From Candidatus Latescibacterota bacterium (lineage in GTDB: Bacteria; Latescibacterota; UBA2968; UBA8231): DNA of 64,000 bases. Below the pieces are notes generated by a model, which saw only the letters and a list, made by a program, of their open reading frames with translations, made no database searches and was not told the origin of the DNA. This document shows, piece after piece, positions 28,501 to 36,372 of this stretch; within the stretch, counting starts at the first letter, position 1; each line of letters starts with the position of its first letter. The stretch lies in NCBI GenBank assembly GCA_965242865.1, contig CBDETK010000013.1:2496001-2560000 (forward strand). The letters run 5' to 3'. The position numbers and the translations under genes are program-made.

Positions 28501-29675
28501 GGCTTGAACTCAGCTACCAATATGGCGTCGAGAATGGATACGAAATCACGGTCTTTCCCGTAGAGCCGGAGACGGCCCCGTTCAGTGTGCTCAAGGGAAA
28601 ATGGATGAAATCGAACGAGGAGGACGGTAAGCTAACGGAGAAGCCTGTGCCGCCTTTTCGGAATCACATAAGACGAAAGGCCGCTGAATCAACCACCGAA
28701 TCAACCACTATAGCGGATATCCGAAGGGAAGTAGAGCGGTTGCTTTCGGGCGAGGCGAAAAACCCCGAGGGCACGATTGGGTGGCTGATACGGCAATTGC
28801 GAGACCAACGAGAGAAACGAGAGCAAGCGGCATTCGGGGGGTGGTGTGGGATGACCGTCCCGGAATACGACCATAGCGATCTTATGGAGGTAGCAGGTAG
28901 CTCAGTTCTTGTCGAGCTTTTGTTAGAAGTCGTCAACGATCACGACAGCCTTGGCGTCTCCCAAGATTTGGCAAAGGATATAAAAAAAGAAGCCATCCTA
29001 TTCTTGTGTACCCTTGGCGATCAAGTACCCAAAACCATTACCAAGAGCATCCGAACTAAACTCAAATCAGACAAACTCGAATCAGGTGAACCGCATCTCG
29101 CCAACGCAGCAGGTATTCTCCACCGAACGCAGTCGGAAGAACACTGGCTCGATCAACTTTGGAAAAAGGTCGTTACGCGCATAGAGCCTTACGAGAATCC
29201 ATGGCTTTACGGAGAGTCCATACGCGAGATTTCGCATACAGCTTGGGTTCTTCCTGACTTTCTTGAGGACTTCGTCAAGCGCAACCCCGACTTTGTGCAA
29301 AAGTCGTTTCGCATCATTGAGGACAGCGTCCGAGATGTTGTCTCCAAAGCGGCACAGGCCATGGAGCCAGATTCGGAGACAAAAATTTACGGAGGGCACA
29401 TTCGACGCTTCCAAGCCTGTTGCGAGTTGGTACTGGCACTGCTTCGGCTACCCGATACGCCACTCGTCGCTAACCCGTCCAGAATGTCACAATTAGCAAA
29501 GAGCATCCGACGCGCCGACTGCCTGATAACACACGCGGAGAAGTACAAAGTGCGTACTTCCTTATATTTTGAGTTGGACCAACCCGAAGATCTAGCCCGC
29601 GTGTCGGACCTTGCTTACGCCGCGAGCTACTATCTCATGGGACATGAGACAACAAACCTCGTCCGAATCGGCTGA
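25506..29675 (+). CDS. McrC-N (DUF2357)-like domain fused to a cold-shock OB fold and an Hsp70-like region (CnuC-like)
   Basis: 'DTPENR' and 'PNNALLNDRHY..VW' DUF2357-like motifs; CSD 'G.VK.....KNFGFV....GEEYYF...GDRVTF'; Hsp70-like 'VPD..DEF.Q...R', 'RSVAAAL', 'W.D.LP.L'; GTG start overlaps the upstream stop. Confidence 0.65.
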   Translation: MSAKRKKKRAKSKAAKSRDGRQHKEQPTIPEKHDPHETVAKAPAMEIPPLVPPFDQLDQIAARETPEVAGAWWIALQAAHHVVECAAKRDPHTGASLPHSLYEVLKAVADATKTGTRPMPNGGLHRASVLAFEPLRAILHQPRTRLLREHAQRPIHSIREMDTHCMAWLARLPGRTIREKLAGKQHVLSVVRRFTPDTPENRVAKRVADLLMRQLDGRFAHAAAYDEDGPCDAQQRETLDFCRRFLRDENFAPIPLSDMPRPNNALLNDRHYARVWRAWMLLHEEEEALRAAWPYAEECFRTAAFWAVAGEIVARYGARVAEALAVPDVEMADGHKCGIWKDEATPITEIDLLVTGDDDSQADLEAAVISVRQVREGVRIVEKRLRTQKSSRGPAEGCVKLINDDKNFGFVRSESGEEYYFDPKTVGDKGTFSDLSTGDRVTFTPRRQGTGKSVSACNVRRYETGLRVAHTIEKGAKTWRVAFHDDPNPSDFQCRRGFPIHATPDNGQRAATKRFASFSSLKHILDWRGYADIEGLRGFAKAATPPLNLKSPPASDTERPSSAIGIDPFGRCVFVGTKEEAWATATLPYALRHESQWQVGTSRRLPSVGEVWPLDVDLSTRNAADESTATASCHQIVRALAQEVRGREVSFVVPDGPDEFSQQTLRAAMLGAFPRNRPIARSVAAALSWQHQGKVRDGDKVLVLCAEADALSFSLLVARRDRRLEEKRPESKGIFWERRPALPADEYGKGFGLRDIWRDYARRLFNLKDRDESDREKIISYLVDSGLLQEAVESGSPRWVRDRDQWLVLEHSPQLWADVLKRWRKRFNSALKSGLRELISKAVGRRCHLLLVGPPFNEKAVFDHIKNALSQQVGRGKPISLKQVAYIASEKGALASGAAEFTERSCAGLPAWKDWLPDLFLEIIRDGLYDEVEIMRDKAVDATLGALHREKVAEELVLPAGQTHYTLPLVAGRANRRPVPADLCLDSNHFPLQQDVRVRLELSYQYGVENGYEITVFPVEPETAPFSVLKGKWMKSNEEDGKLTEKPVPPFRNHIRRKAAESTTESTTIADIRREVERLLSGEAKNPEGTIGWLIRQLRDQREKREQAAFGGWCGMTVPEYDHSDLMEVAGSSVLVELLLEVVNDHDSLGVSQDLAKDIKKEAILFLCTLGDQVPKTITKSIRTKLKSDKLESGEPHLANAAGILHRTQSEEHWLDQLWKKVVTRIEPYENPWLYGESIREISHTAWVLPDFLEDFVKRNPDFVQKSFRIIEDSVRDVVSKAAQAMEPDSETKIYGGHIRRFQACCELVLALLRLPDTPLVANPSRMSQLAKSIRRADCLITHAEKYKVRTSLYFELDQPEDLARVSDLAYAASYYLMGHETTNLVRIG

Positions 29676-29725
29676 CTCGCGACTTTCTTGCCTCGTCCGG
29701 TTTGCCAGCAAAAGATGAAGGCTTG

Positions 29726-29787
29726 GTGGCCATTGCCCTAATATCCAAGTCGGTGACCCAGTTGCACTATTGAGGCCGGTCAGCCGC
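29726..29787 (+). repeat. 62-bp direct repeat, right junction of island 2
   Basis: Identical to 12388-12449; contains the stop codon of the convergent GNAT gene. Confidence 0.95.
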
Positions 29788-30766
29788 GCAGTGCTTGGCC
29801 GAGGGCAAAAGCGCGCTTGAGCCAGCGGCTCTTGTAGCCTACCACCGCGCAGTACGGCACGAGGTTGCAGCCAAAGCCGCGCTTGAAAAAGGCGATGGAT
29901 GGGATGTTGGCGCCGACGAAGTCGAAGTACGGGTGGGAACAGGTCGCCCAGTACTGCCAGAACAACAGCGAGTTGGCGCCGGTGTGGTTGAAGGCGGGGT
30001 CTGAACCCCCGGTCCAGAAGTAAGCGGTGTCGCGGCCCTCGACAAAGACCACGAGGCTCGCAGTCTCCCCGTCGGAAACTGCGATTTTGTATGCTTTAGC
30101 TAGGCCGGCCGCTAGGACGAGAGCGACAAAGCGTTCGGCCATCGCGGAGGCGACCGGAGGGCCGCTGGTCTGGTTGGTGTACGTGGCTTCGTATTGCCGC
30201 CGAAAGAGCGCGGTGTCAGCGGTGGCTTGGAGCTGATAGCCGAGCTTTTCGGCTTTGCGGATGGCGCGGCGTCTGAGGCTCGCGAGCCGTTCCCATAGCG
30301 CGTCGCTATCGCCGAGGGGCAGCCGATAGGTGTAGCGCAGGTGCGCGTCCCAGCCTTGCCAAGTGAAAGGGCGCACATCGGCGATGGCCGGCGCGTGGAC
30401 TAGGAAGACGCGGTGGTAGTGCTTGGCGACGTAGTCGAGCAGATGCGTACAAGCGTGGTGCTGGGCGGCTTCGGCCGTAGCGGGCCTTTTGCTGGCAACC
30501 GGGGCTAAAAGCAGGCCGGTGTGGGGCGTCAGCTCCGGGGTTTCGAGGCGGTAAAGTCCCCAACGCCAGCGGGCTAGGCCGCTGAGGCCGGCCACGAGGC
30601 GTCCATTGCGGTAGCAGCCGAGGCGATGGACTTGACCGCCGGTAGCCGCGGCCGCACAACGCAGCCAGGCACTGGTGGAGAATACCGTGCCGCCGATGGC
30701 TTGGTGGACGAAGGCATCCCAAGCGGTGTCGTCGGCGACGAGCTGGACTTCGTAGGTATCGGGCAT
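29780..30766 (-). CDS. GNAT/FemAB-like acetyltransferase
   Basis: 'WDAFV...GTVF...WL', 'RRAIRKAEK', 'FDFVGANIPSIAFFKRGFG'; start ATG 30766. Confidence 0.8.
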   Translation of the reverse strand: MPDTYEVQLVADDTAWDAFVHQAIGGTVFSTSAWLRCAAAATGGQVHRLGCYRNGRLVAGLSGLARWRWGLYRLETPELTPHTGLLLAPVASKRPATAEAAQHHACTHLLDYVAKHYHRVFLVHAPAIADVRPFTWQGWDAHLRYTYRLPLGDSDALWERLASLRRRAIRKAEKLGYQLQATADTALFRRQYEATYTNQTSGPPVASAMAERFVALVLAAGLAKAYKIAVSDGETASLVVFVEGRDTAYFWTGGSDPAFNHTGANSLLFWQYWATCSHPYFDFVGANIPSIAFFKRGFGCNLVPYCAVVGYKSRWLKRAFALGQALRG

Positions 30767-30891
30767 GGGCTCCGCTGGGGTGGGGACGGTGGCTGAAATG
30801 GGTCGGCAGCCGAAAGAACCACATCGGCTTTTGCGCGTCAAGACGCTGGCCTTTTTGCTGCTGAAAATTTTGTTTTGTTTATGATCCGTTA

Positions 30892-31026
30892 GAAGCGTTC
30901 TTAACACTCATGTTGTTTTTGGCTCGTCTTGCCTGACGCCTCTAGCGGTCATTCCCGCGAACGCGGGAATCCAGCAAAGGACCAAGCCGAATCAGAAACG
31001 GAAACCCTAAATTTTAAGAACGCTTC
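30892..31026. mobile_element. 135-bp MITE, copy 2 (inverted relative to copy 1)
   Basis: Perfect 13-bp TIR GAAGCGTTCTTAA...TTAAGAACGCTTC, TTA on both flanks (30889-91, 31027-29), palindrome at 30951-30970. Confidence 0.85.
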
Positions 31027-31060
31027 TTAGGGCTTACGCAAGCACCATGGCATAACTCGG

Positions 31061-33259
31061 TTGGACATCTTTGGAGAAACAGTGCTTGATAATCGTCGCA
31101 ATTTTACAGCTATCCCCCTGAAAACCTACTCCCGAATTTTGCCGCTGGCTCTTTTGCTCGCGCTGTTGGCATCCGCGGCCAACAGTGCCTCCGACGAGGT
31201 GGAAGGACTCGGCATGCCCACCGAAGTCTCCATTAGTACTTCCAGCCGACGCCTTACTGTCGCTTGGAGCGAAACCCCCGGCGCGACGAGTTACCAGATC
31301 GCCATCCGACCGAAAGACCAAGTCGTTCCCGCATGGCGCGAGTACATCGCGTCCTCCTCGCCCTACACCATTGCGGATGGGTGGGGGTGGGCAATGAGCG
31401 GGCTGCAGTATGAGGCTCGGGTGGCCGCGGCCAACGCCGAGGGTCAATCCGAGTGGTCGGCCCCGGTTGCGATGACCGCTCCCGTGCTCCAAGCGGCCCC
31501 GGCCGATGCAATTGGAGTCCCTTTATCGCCTCCGTTGGTGGGAGAAACCATCCGCGTTGACTTGGTGAGCCAGCGTCCATTTGCGAACCGGTCGGAGTGG
31601 CATTGGTTTATTTGCGGTTCGGACGGGTCCGATTGCCAAGTATTGCCGAGGAGTCCCTATCGCTGGATGTCGGGTTGGGAGTACTTCATGGAGCCGGCCA
31701 TGCAGGGGAAGCACGTGTCAGTGCAAGTAGATTACGACAAAGAGGGCGCGTCGTACTCGGCGACAGCGGTGTTGGGCGTCGTCGGCGCGGCGCGGACGCT
31801 CGCGACGCACCTGTACGATCTGCAATCGGCGTGGGTCTGGCTCCAGTGGGATCGGGTGCGCGGTGGGGCCATCGCGCCGTTGGGCAACGACTTGCTCGTG
31901 GCCGCGCCGTGGGGGCGGCTCGCGCTGGTGTCCTCAACCGGGGAGGTGGCCTATCTCGCGGGAAACGTGCCGATGAACAGGGCCGAACTCCAAGGACACC
32001 CGGACCGAAAACATTTCACCATACACAGGTTTCGCGTGGCCGACATTTTGTTGAAGCGGCATTCGGCCGGGCGGTATGACCTGTTTGTGACGCATCACTA
32101 TTTCACCGGCGATTGCCTCCGCTTCCGGTTGTCCGCTACAACGCTTGTGCAACAAGGCGGGGCCGTTGCGGTCACGTCGGCGTGGAGAACGATATTCGAC
32201 GCCGAACCCTGCCTGCCTGTCGCCGCCGGCCTGCTTAGAGGAAACCTAGCGGGCGGCCGGATGTTGACGGACGGCCCCGACCATTTATTGGTCGTTATAG
32301 GCTCTCATAGGAACTACTCTGACGCGGCCAGTTACGGGAGCTACGCTCAGGCCGCGGACTCGCACTTGGGCAAGCTCGTCCGCGTCGAAATCGAGACCGG
32401 CCGGGCGGAGACGTTGGCCTTGGGCCTCCGCAATCCGCAGGGGCTCGCCCGGGACGCGGACGGCACCGTGTGGGAAACCGAGCACGGACCGGTGGGCGGC
32501 GATGAACTCAACGTGTTGGTATCGGGCGGCAATTACGGTTGGCCGCAGGTTACGTACGGCGTTGGGGATGGAGGCGAGGTTCTCGTGCCCAGCGTCGAAG
32601 ATATGGGGCACCATGATGGCTTTACAAAGCCCGTTTTCGCGTGGGTGCCGGCCATCGGCATCTCCAGCATCATCGTCAATGACGAGCGCTGGTTTCCGCT
32701 GTGGAGAGACGACCTGCTGATCGCTTCGCTTATAGGCCGCTCGCTCTTTCGAGTCCGCCGCGCTGGCGTGGATGTGCAATACGTCGAGCGCATTGACATT
32801 GGGACCCGAATCCGGGATCTCGCGCAAATGCCGGATGGACGGCTCGCGCTGTTGGACGATAGTGGACGGGTTCACTTCCTGAGCCGATCCTACGCCCATT
32901 GCGCCGATAAGTCCGAGTGGGACCGCAACGTCTATGCGATCAACTGCCCAGATACGGTGAGTGCGGTCGCGGCGACAGGTGCTCAGCTATACAGCATGCA
33001 TTGCAGCGGTTGTCATAACCTGACGGTTGAGCAACACGGCCTCGGTCCGCATTTGGTCGGGGTGGTGGGGCGGCGCGTGGGTTCGGTGGGCGGCTACCTG
33101 TTCTCAGACGCCCTCGCCTCGCTAGACGAGGTGTGGACGCCCGCTGGCTTGGAGCGGTTTTTGGCGAATCCGCGGCAGTTTGCCCCGGGCACCGCCAAGC
33201 CGTCGTTGCACCTCACCCTAGCCGAAGCCCGCGCCATCGCCGACTTCATCGGGGACTAG
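31061..33259 (+). CDS. Secreted FN3 + PQQ-dependent glucose/sorbosone dehydrogenase-like beta-propeller + cytochrome c fusion
   Basis: Signal peptide; FN3 'LTVAWS..PGATSY...QYEARVAAANAEGQSEWS'; GSDH 'GLRNPQGL..ETEHGP.GGDELN..GGNYGWP'; CSGCH heme motif; true start probably slightly downstream. Confidence 0.8.
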   Translation: MDIFGETVLDNRRNFTAIPLKTYSRILPLALLLALLASAANSASDEVEGLGMPTEVSISTSSRRLTVAWSETPGATSYQIAIRPKDQVVPAWREYIASSSPYTIADGWGWAMSGLQYEARVAAANAEGQSEWSAPVAMTAPVLQAAPADAIGVPLSPPLVGETIRVDLVSQRPFANRSEWHWFICGSDGSDCQVLPRSPYRWMSGWEYFMEPAMQGKHVSVQVDYDKEGASYSATAVLGVVGAARTLATHLYDLQSAWVWLQWDRVRGGAIAPLGNDLLVAAPWGRLALVSSTGEVAYLAGNVPMNRAELQGHPDRKHFTIHRFRVADILLKRHSAGRYDLFVTHHYFTGDCLRFRLSATTLVQQGGAVAVTSAWRTIFDAEPCLPVAAGLLRGNLAGGRMLTDGPDHLLVVIGSHRNYSDAASYGSYAQAADSHLGKLVRVEIETGRAETLALGLRNPQGLARDADGTVWETEHGPVGGDELNVLVSGGNYGWPQVTYGVGDGGEVLVPSVEDMGHHDGFTKPVFAWVPAIGISSIIVNDERWFPLWRDDLLIASLIGRSLFRVRRAGVDVQYVERIDIGTRIRDLAQMPDGRLALLDDSGRVHFLSRSYAHCADKSEWDRNVYAINCPDTVSAVAATGAQLYSMHCSGCHNLTVEQHGLGPHLVGVVGRRVGSVGGYLFSDALASLDEVWTPAGLERFLANPRQFAPGTAKPSLHLTLAEARAIADFIGD

Positions 33260-33359
33260 GCCGAGCCGCTGTATGCGGGCGGCCTGCTGGGGGCCGTCAT
33301 GCTTTCTCTTACGGTGCTTGATCTCGGCTTTTGGCTCCGTTCAAAGTAGCCAACATCGC

Positions 33360-33388
33360 TTGACATGCCCCCTAGCACACCGTATATT
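33360..33388 (+). promoter_or_regulatory. Sigma70 promoter of the ilv/leu operon
   Basis: TTGACA-N17-TATATT. Confidence 0.8.
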
Positions 33389-33440
33389 GAAAACTTTTCT
33401 AAATTGAAAGCTAACTGCTTGGATTACTTAGATTTAGCCC

Positions 33441-33606
33441 ATGAGTGCGCCGTTCCTGTTCCCGCGTATTTTCCGCCCGACGTCAGTGTGGGCGCACCTC
33501 CTGCTCCTCCTCGACTTACTCATTAGGCCGGCCGTTCAAGTAGGCTTCGCTCCTCGTTTCACTTTTGACAGCCCAAGTAACGGACGAAGCCGCTGAACGC
33601 GCCGGC
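33441..33606 (+). promoter_or_regulatory. Leu-rich leader ORF (33441-33596, 51 aa) and long hairpin, putative attenuator
   Basis: Translates as MSAPFLFPRIFRPTSVWAHLLLLLDLLIRPAVQVGFAPRFTFDSPSNGRSR*; stem GCCGGCCGTTCA..GGCTTCG / CGAAGCC..TGAACGCGCCGGC at 33527-33606. Confidence 0.7.
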
Positions 33607-33663
33607 TGTCAGCCAACTATGTCTATACAACAATCTCAACGCCCTCAGTGAAGGAGGATTTTC

Positions 33664-34656
33664 ATGCAGATGTACTACGACAACGACGCCAATCTCGATC
33701 TACTCTCGGATAAGACCGTGGCCGTCATCGGCTATGGCAGCCAAGGCCACGCGCATTCGCTCAACCTCGCGGAGAGCGGCGTCGAGGTGGTGGTGGGCCT
33801 GCGCACGGGTAGCCAGCGACGCGCTGAGGCCGAAGCCGCCGGGCTGGCGGTCGCCGACGTGGCCGAGGCCAGCCAGCGAGGCGATATCGTGGTGATCCTG
33901 ATCAACGACGAGGTCCAAAAGGCCGTGTACGAAGCCGATATCCGCCCCCAGCTCAAAGCGGGCAATGCCCTCGCCTTTGCCCACGGATTTAACATTCACT
34001 TTGGGCAGGTGGTGCCGCCGGCCGATGTCGATGTGTTCATGGTCGCGCCCAAAGGGCCGGGGCACTTGGTGCGCCGCGTGTACCAGCAGGGGGGGGGCGT
34101 GCCGGGCCTGCTGGCCATTTACCAAGACGCCACCGGGCGAGCGCACGAGGTCGGCTTGGCTTATGCCAAGGGGATTGGCTGCGGCCGGGCCGGAGTCATT
34201 GAGACGACCTTTCGCGAGGAGACCGAGACCGACTTGTTCGGCGAGCAGGTCGTGTTGTGCGGCGGTTTGACCGAGCTAATCCGTGCGGGGTTTGACACGC
34301 TCGTCGAGGCCGGCTACCAGCCCGAAGTCGCTTATTTCGAGTGCCTGCACGAGGTCAAGCTGATCGTCGATCTGATCTACGAGGGCGGCATCGCCAACAT
34401 GCGCTCGTCGATTTCGGACACGGCGGAGTTTGGCGACTTGACGCGCGGCCGGCGGGTGATAACCGAGCAGACGCGGGCCGAGATGAAGCAAATTCTCGCC
34501 GACGTGCAAAACGGCCATTTTGCGCGGGAATGGCTGGCCGAAAACCAAGTGGGCCGCCCGGTGTACAACGCGATCAAACGCCGCGATTCCGAGCACCTGA
34601 TTGAGACCGTCGGCGCCCAGCTGCGGGCGATGATGAGTTGGTTGGACGACAAATAG
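33664..34656 (+). CDS. ilvC: Ketol-acid reductoisomerase
   Basis: [38 protein letters not shown]. Confidence 0.97.
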   Translation: MQMYYDNDANLDLLSDKTVAVIGYGSQGHAHSLNLAESGVEVVVGLRTGSQRRAEAEAAGLAVADVAEASQRGDIVVILINDEVQKAVYEADIRPQLKAGNALAFAHGFNIHFGQVVPPADVDVFMVAPKGPGHLVRRVYQQGGGVPGLLAIYQDATGRAHEVGLAYAKGIGCGRAGVIETTFREETETDLFGEQVVLCGGLTELIRAGFDTLVEAGYQPEVAYFECLHEVKLIVDLIYEGGIANMRSSISDTAEFGDLTRGRRVITEQTRAEMKQILADVQNGHFAREWLAENQVGRPVYNAIKRRDSEHLIETVGAQLRAMMSWLDDK

Positions 34657-34809
34657 GCCCCCCCGAAAGGAGATGAGCGCGATGGACCCCCTACTTAGCG
34701 AGTTGAGTTCCGATCCCGACCTTGAGTCGGTAGGCGGTCTCTACACGGCTGGAGGGGACTGTCTGCCGCTAGTACTCTCTCATCCGGCCAGCTTAGGAAA
34801 GAGCACATC

Positions 34810-36351
34810 ATGGCGAATGCAAATCGCGTATATATCTTCGACACCACCCTGCGGGATGCCGAGCAGACGCCCGGGGCCTCGCTGACGGTGCGGGAAAAGC
34901 TCGAAGTCGCCCACCAGTTGGCGCGGCTGCGAGTCGATATTATCGAGGCCGGCTTTCCGGTTTCCTCCAACGAGGACTTTGAGGCCGTGCGCCGCATTGG
35001 GCAGGAAGTTGCCGGGCCGGTCATCTGCGGGCTGGCCCGCGCCGTGCCCGAAGACATCGACCGAGCCGGTGCAGCGCTCCAAGGCGCACCCCGGCCGCGG
35101 ATCCACACCTTTATCGGCACCTCGGACATTCACCTCGCGGGCCAGTTGCGCAAGGGCCGAGAAGAGGTGCTGAAAATGGCGGTGGCAGCGGTGGAGCAGG
35201 CCAAGTCGCACTGCGCCGACGTCGAGTTTTCGCCGATGGACGCCGCGCGCACCGAGCCTAATTACCTCAACGAGGTCATCGCAGCGACCATTGCGGCCGG
35301 AGCCACGACGATCAACATTCCAGACACCGTGGGATATGCCGTGCCCGCAGAGTTTGGGGCGCTGATTGCCCAGATCCTCGCCGAGGTGCCCAACAGCGGC
35401 GACGCGATTATCAGCGTCCACTGCCACGACGATTTGGGCATGTCGGTCATCAACACGCTCTCGGCAATCAAGAACGGCGCCCGCCAAGCCGAATGCACGA
35501 TCAACGGCTTGGGCGAGCGGGCCGGCAATGCCTCGCTAGAAGAAATCGTCATGGCCTTAAAGACGCGCCAAGACTACTTCGGCTTTGACACCGAGGTGAT
35601 CACCGAGGAAATCGTCCCCACGAGCCGGTTGGTCAGCCGCTTGATGGGAATCGCGGTTCAGCCCAACAAGGCCATCGTCGGCGCCAATGCCTTCGCGCAC
35701 AGCTCGGGCATCCACCAAGATGGAGTGCTCAAGCAGCGCGACACCTTTGAGATCATGGAGCCGAAAGATGTCGGGCTAGACGATACCGAGATCGTGCTGA
35801 CGGCGCGCTCGGGCCGCGCTGCGTTGCGCCACCGGCTGGAGGTCTTGGGCTACGAGTTGAACAAAGAGGAACTGGACAAGGTGTACCAAGACTTCGTCGA
35901 GCTGGCCGACAAGAAAAAGGAGGTTTTCGACGAGGACCTAATTGAGATCGTCGGCGATTCGGACGAAGCGTCCGCGTCCGCGCACTACGAGCTCCAGTAC
36001 TTGCATTCGGTCAGCGGCACCGGCACGGTCCCTTCGGCCACAGTGCGGATGCGCATCGGCGACGCGACCGTCCAGCAGTCGTCTTGGGGCGACGGCCCGG
36101 TCGATGCGGCATATAAGGCCATTGGCTTGGCCTGCGGCACAGAGGCCCGGCTCGACGACTACGCCATCCGCGCCATTACCTCCGGCAGCCAAGCGCTGGG
36201 CGAGGTCACGGTGCATCTGTCGGACAACGGAAAAAAGGCGCGGGGCCGGGGCGTTTCCACCGACGTCATTGAGGCCAGTGCGAGGGCTTACGTGGATGCG
36301 CTGAACCGCTTGGCGGTAAAGAGCACCAAAGAATCACTCCAGACCGTATGA
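34810..36351 (+). CDS. leuA: 2-isopropylmalate synthase
   Basis: FDTTLRDAEQ, SVHCHDDLG, NGLGERAGNA, HSSGIHQDG, C-terminal regulatory domain. Confidence 0.95.
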   Translation: MANANRVYIFDTTLRDAEQTPGASLTVREKLEVAHQLARLRVDIIEAGFPVSSNEDFEAVRRIGQEVAGPVICGLARAVPEDIDRAGAALQGAPRPRIHTFIGTSDIHLAGQLRKGREEVLKMAVAAVEQAKSHCADVEFSPMDAARTEPNYLNEVIAATIAAGATTINIPDTVGYAVPAEFGALIAQILAEVPNSGDAIISVHCHDDLGMSVINTLSAIKNGARQAECTINGLGERAGNASLEEIVMALKTRQDYFGFDTEVITEEIVPTSRLVSRLMGIAVQPNKAIVGANAFAHSSGIHQDGVLKQRDTFEIMEPKDVGLDDTEIVLTARSGRAALRHRLEVLGYELNKEELDKVYQDFVELADKKKEVFDEDLIEIVGDSDEASASAHYELQYLHSVSGTGTVPSATVRMRIGDATVQQSSWGDGPVDAAYKAIGLACGTEARLDDYAIRAITSGSQALGEVTVHLSDNGKKARGRGVSTDVIEASARAYVDALNRLAVKSTKESLQTV

Positions 36352-36372
36352 CCGCATAGAGGAGACTTGGAG

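Larger units (their letters stand above)
12450..29725 (+). mobile_element. Defence island 2 (17.3 kb): sigma54-regulated TerY-P / type III CoCoNuT-like system
   Basis: Flanked by the exact 62-bp direct repeat, lower GC, nine co-oriented defence-type genes, no recombinase gene. Confidence 0.85.

Noticed and set aside
28686-28709. 12-bp tandem duplication encoding ESTTESTT
   Set aside because: In-frame linker slippage with no evident significance
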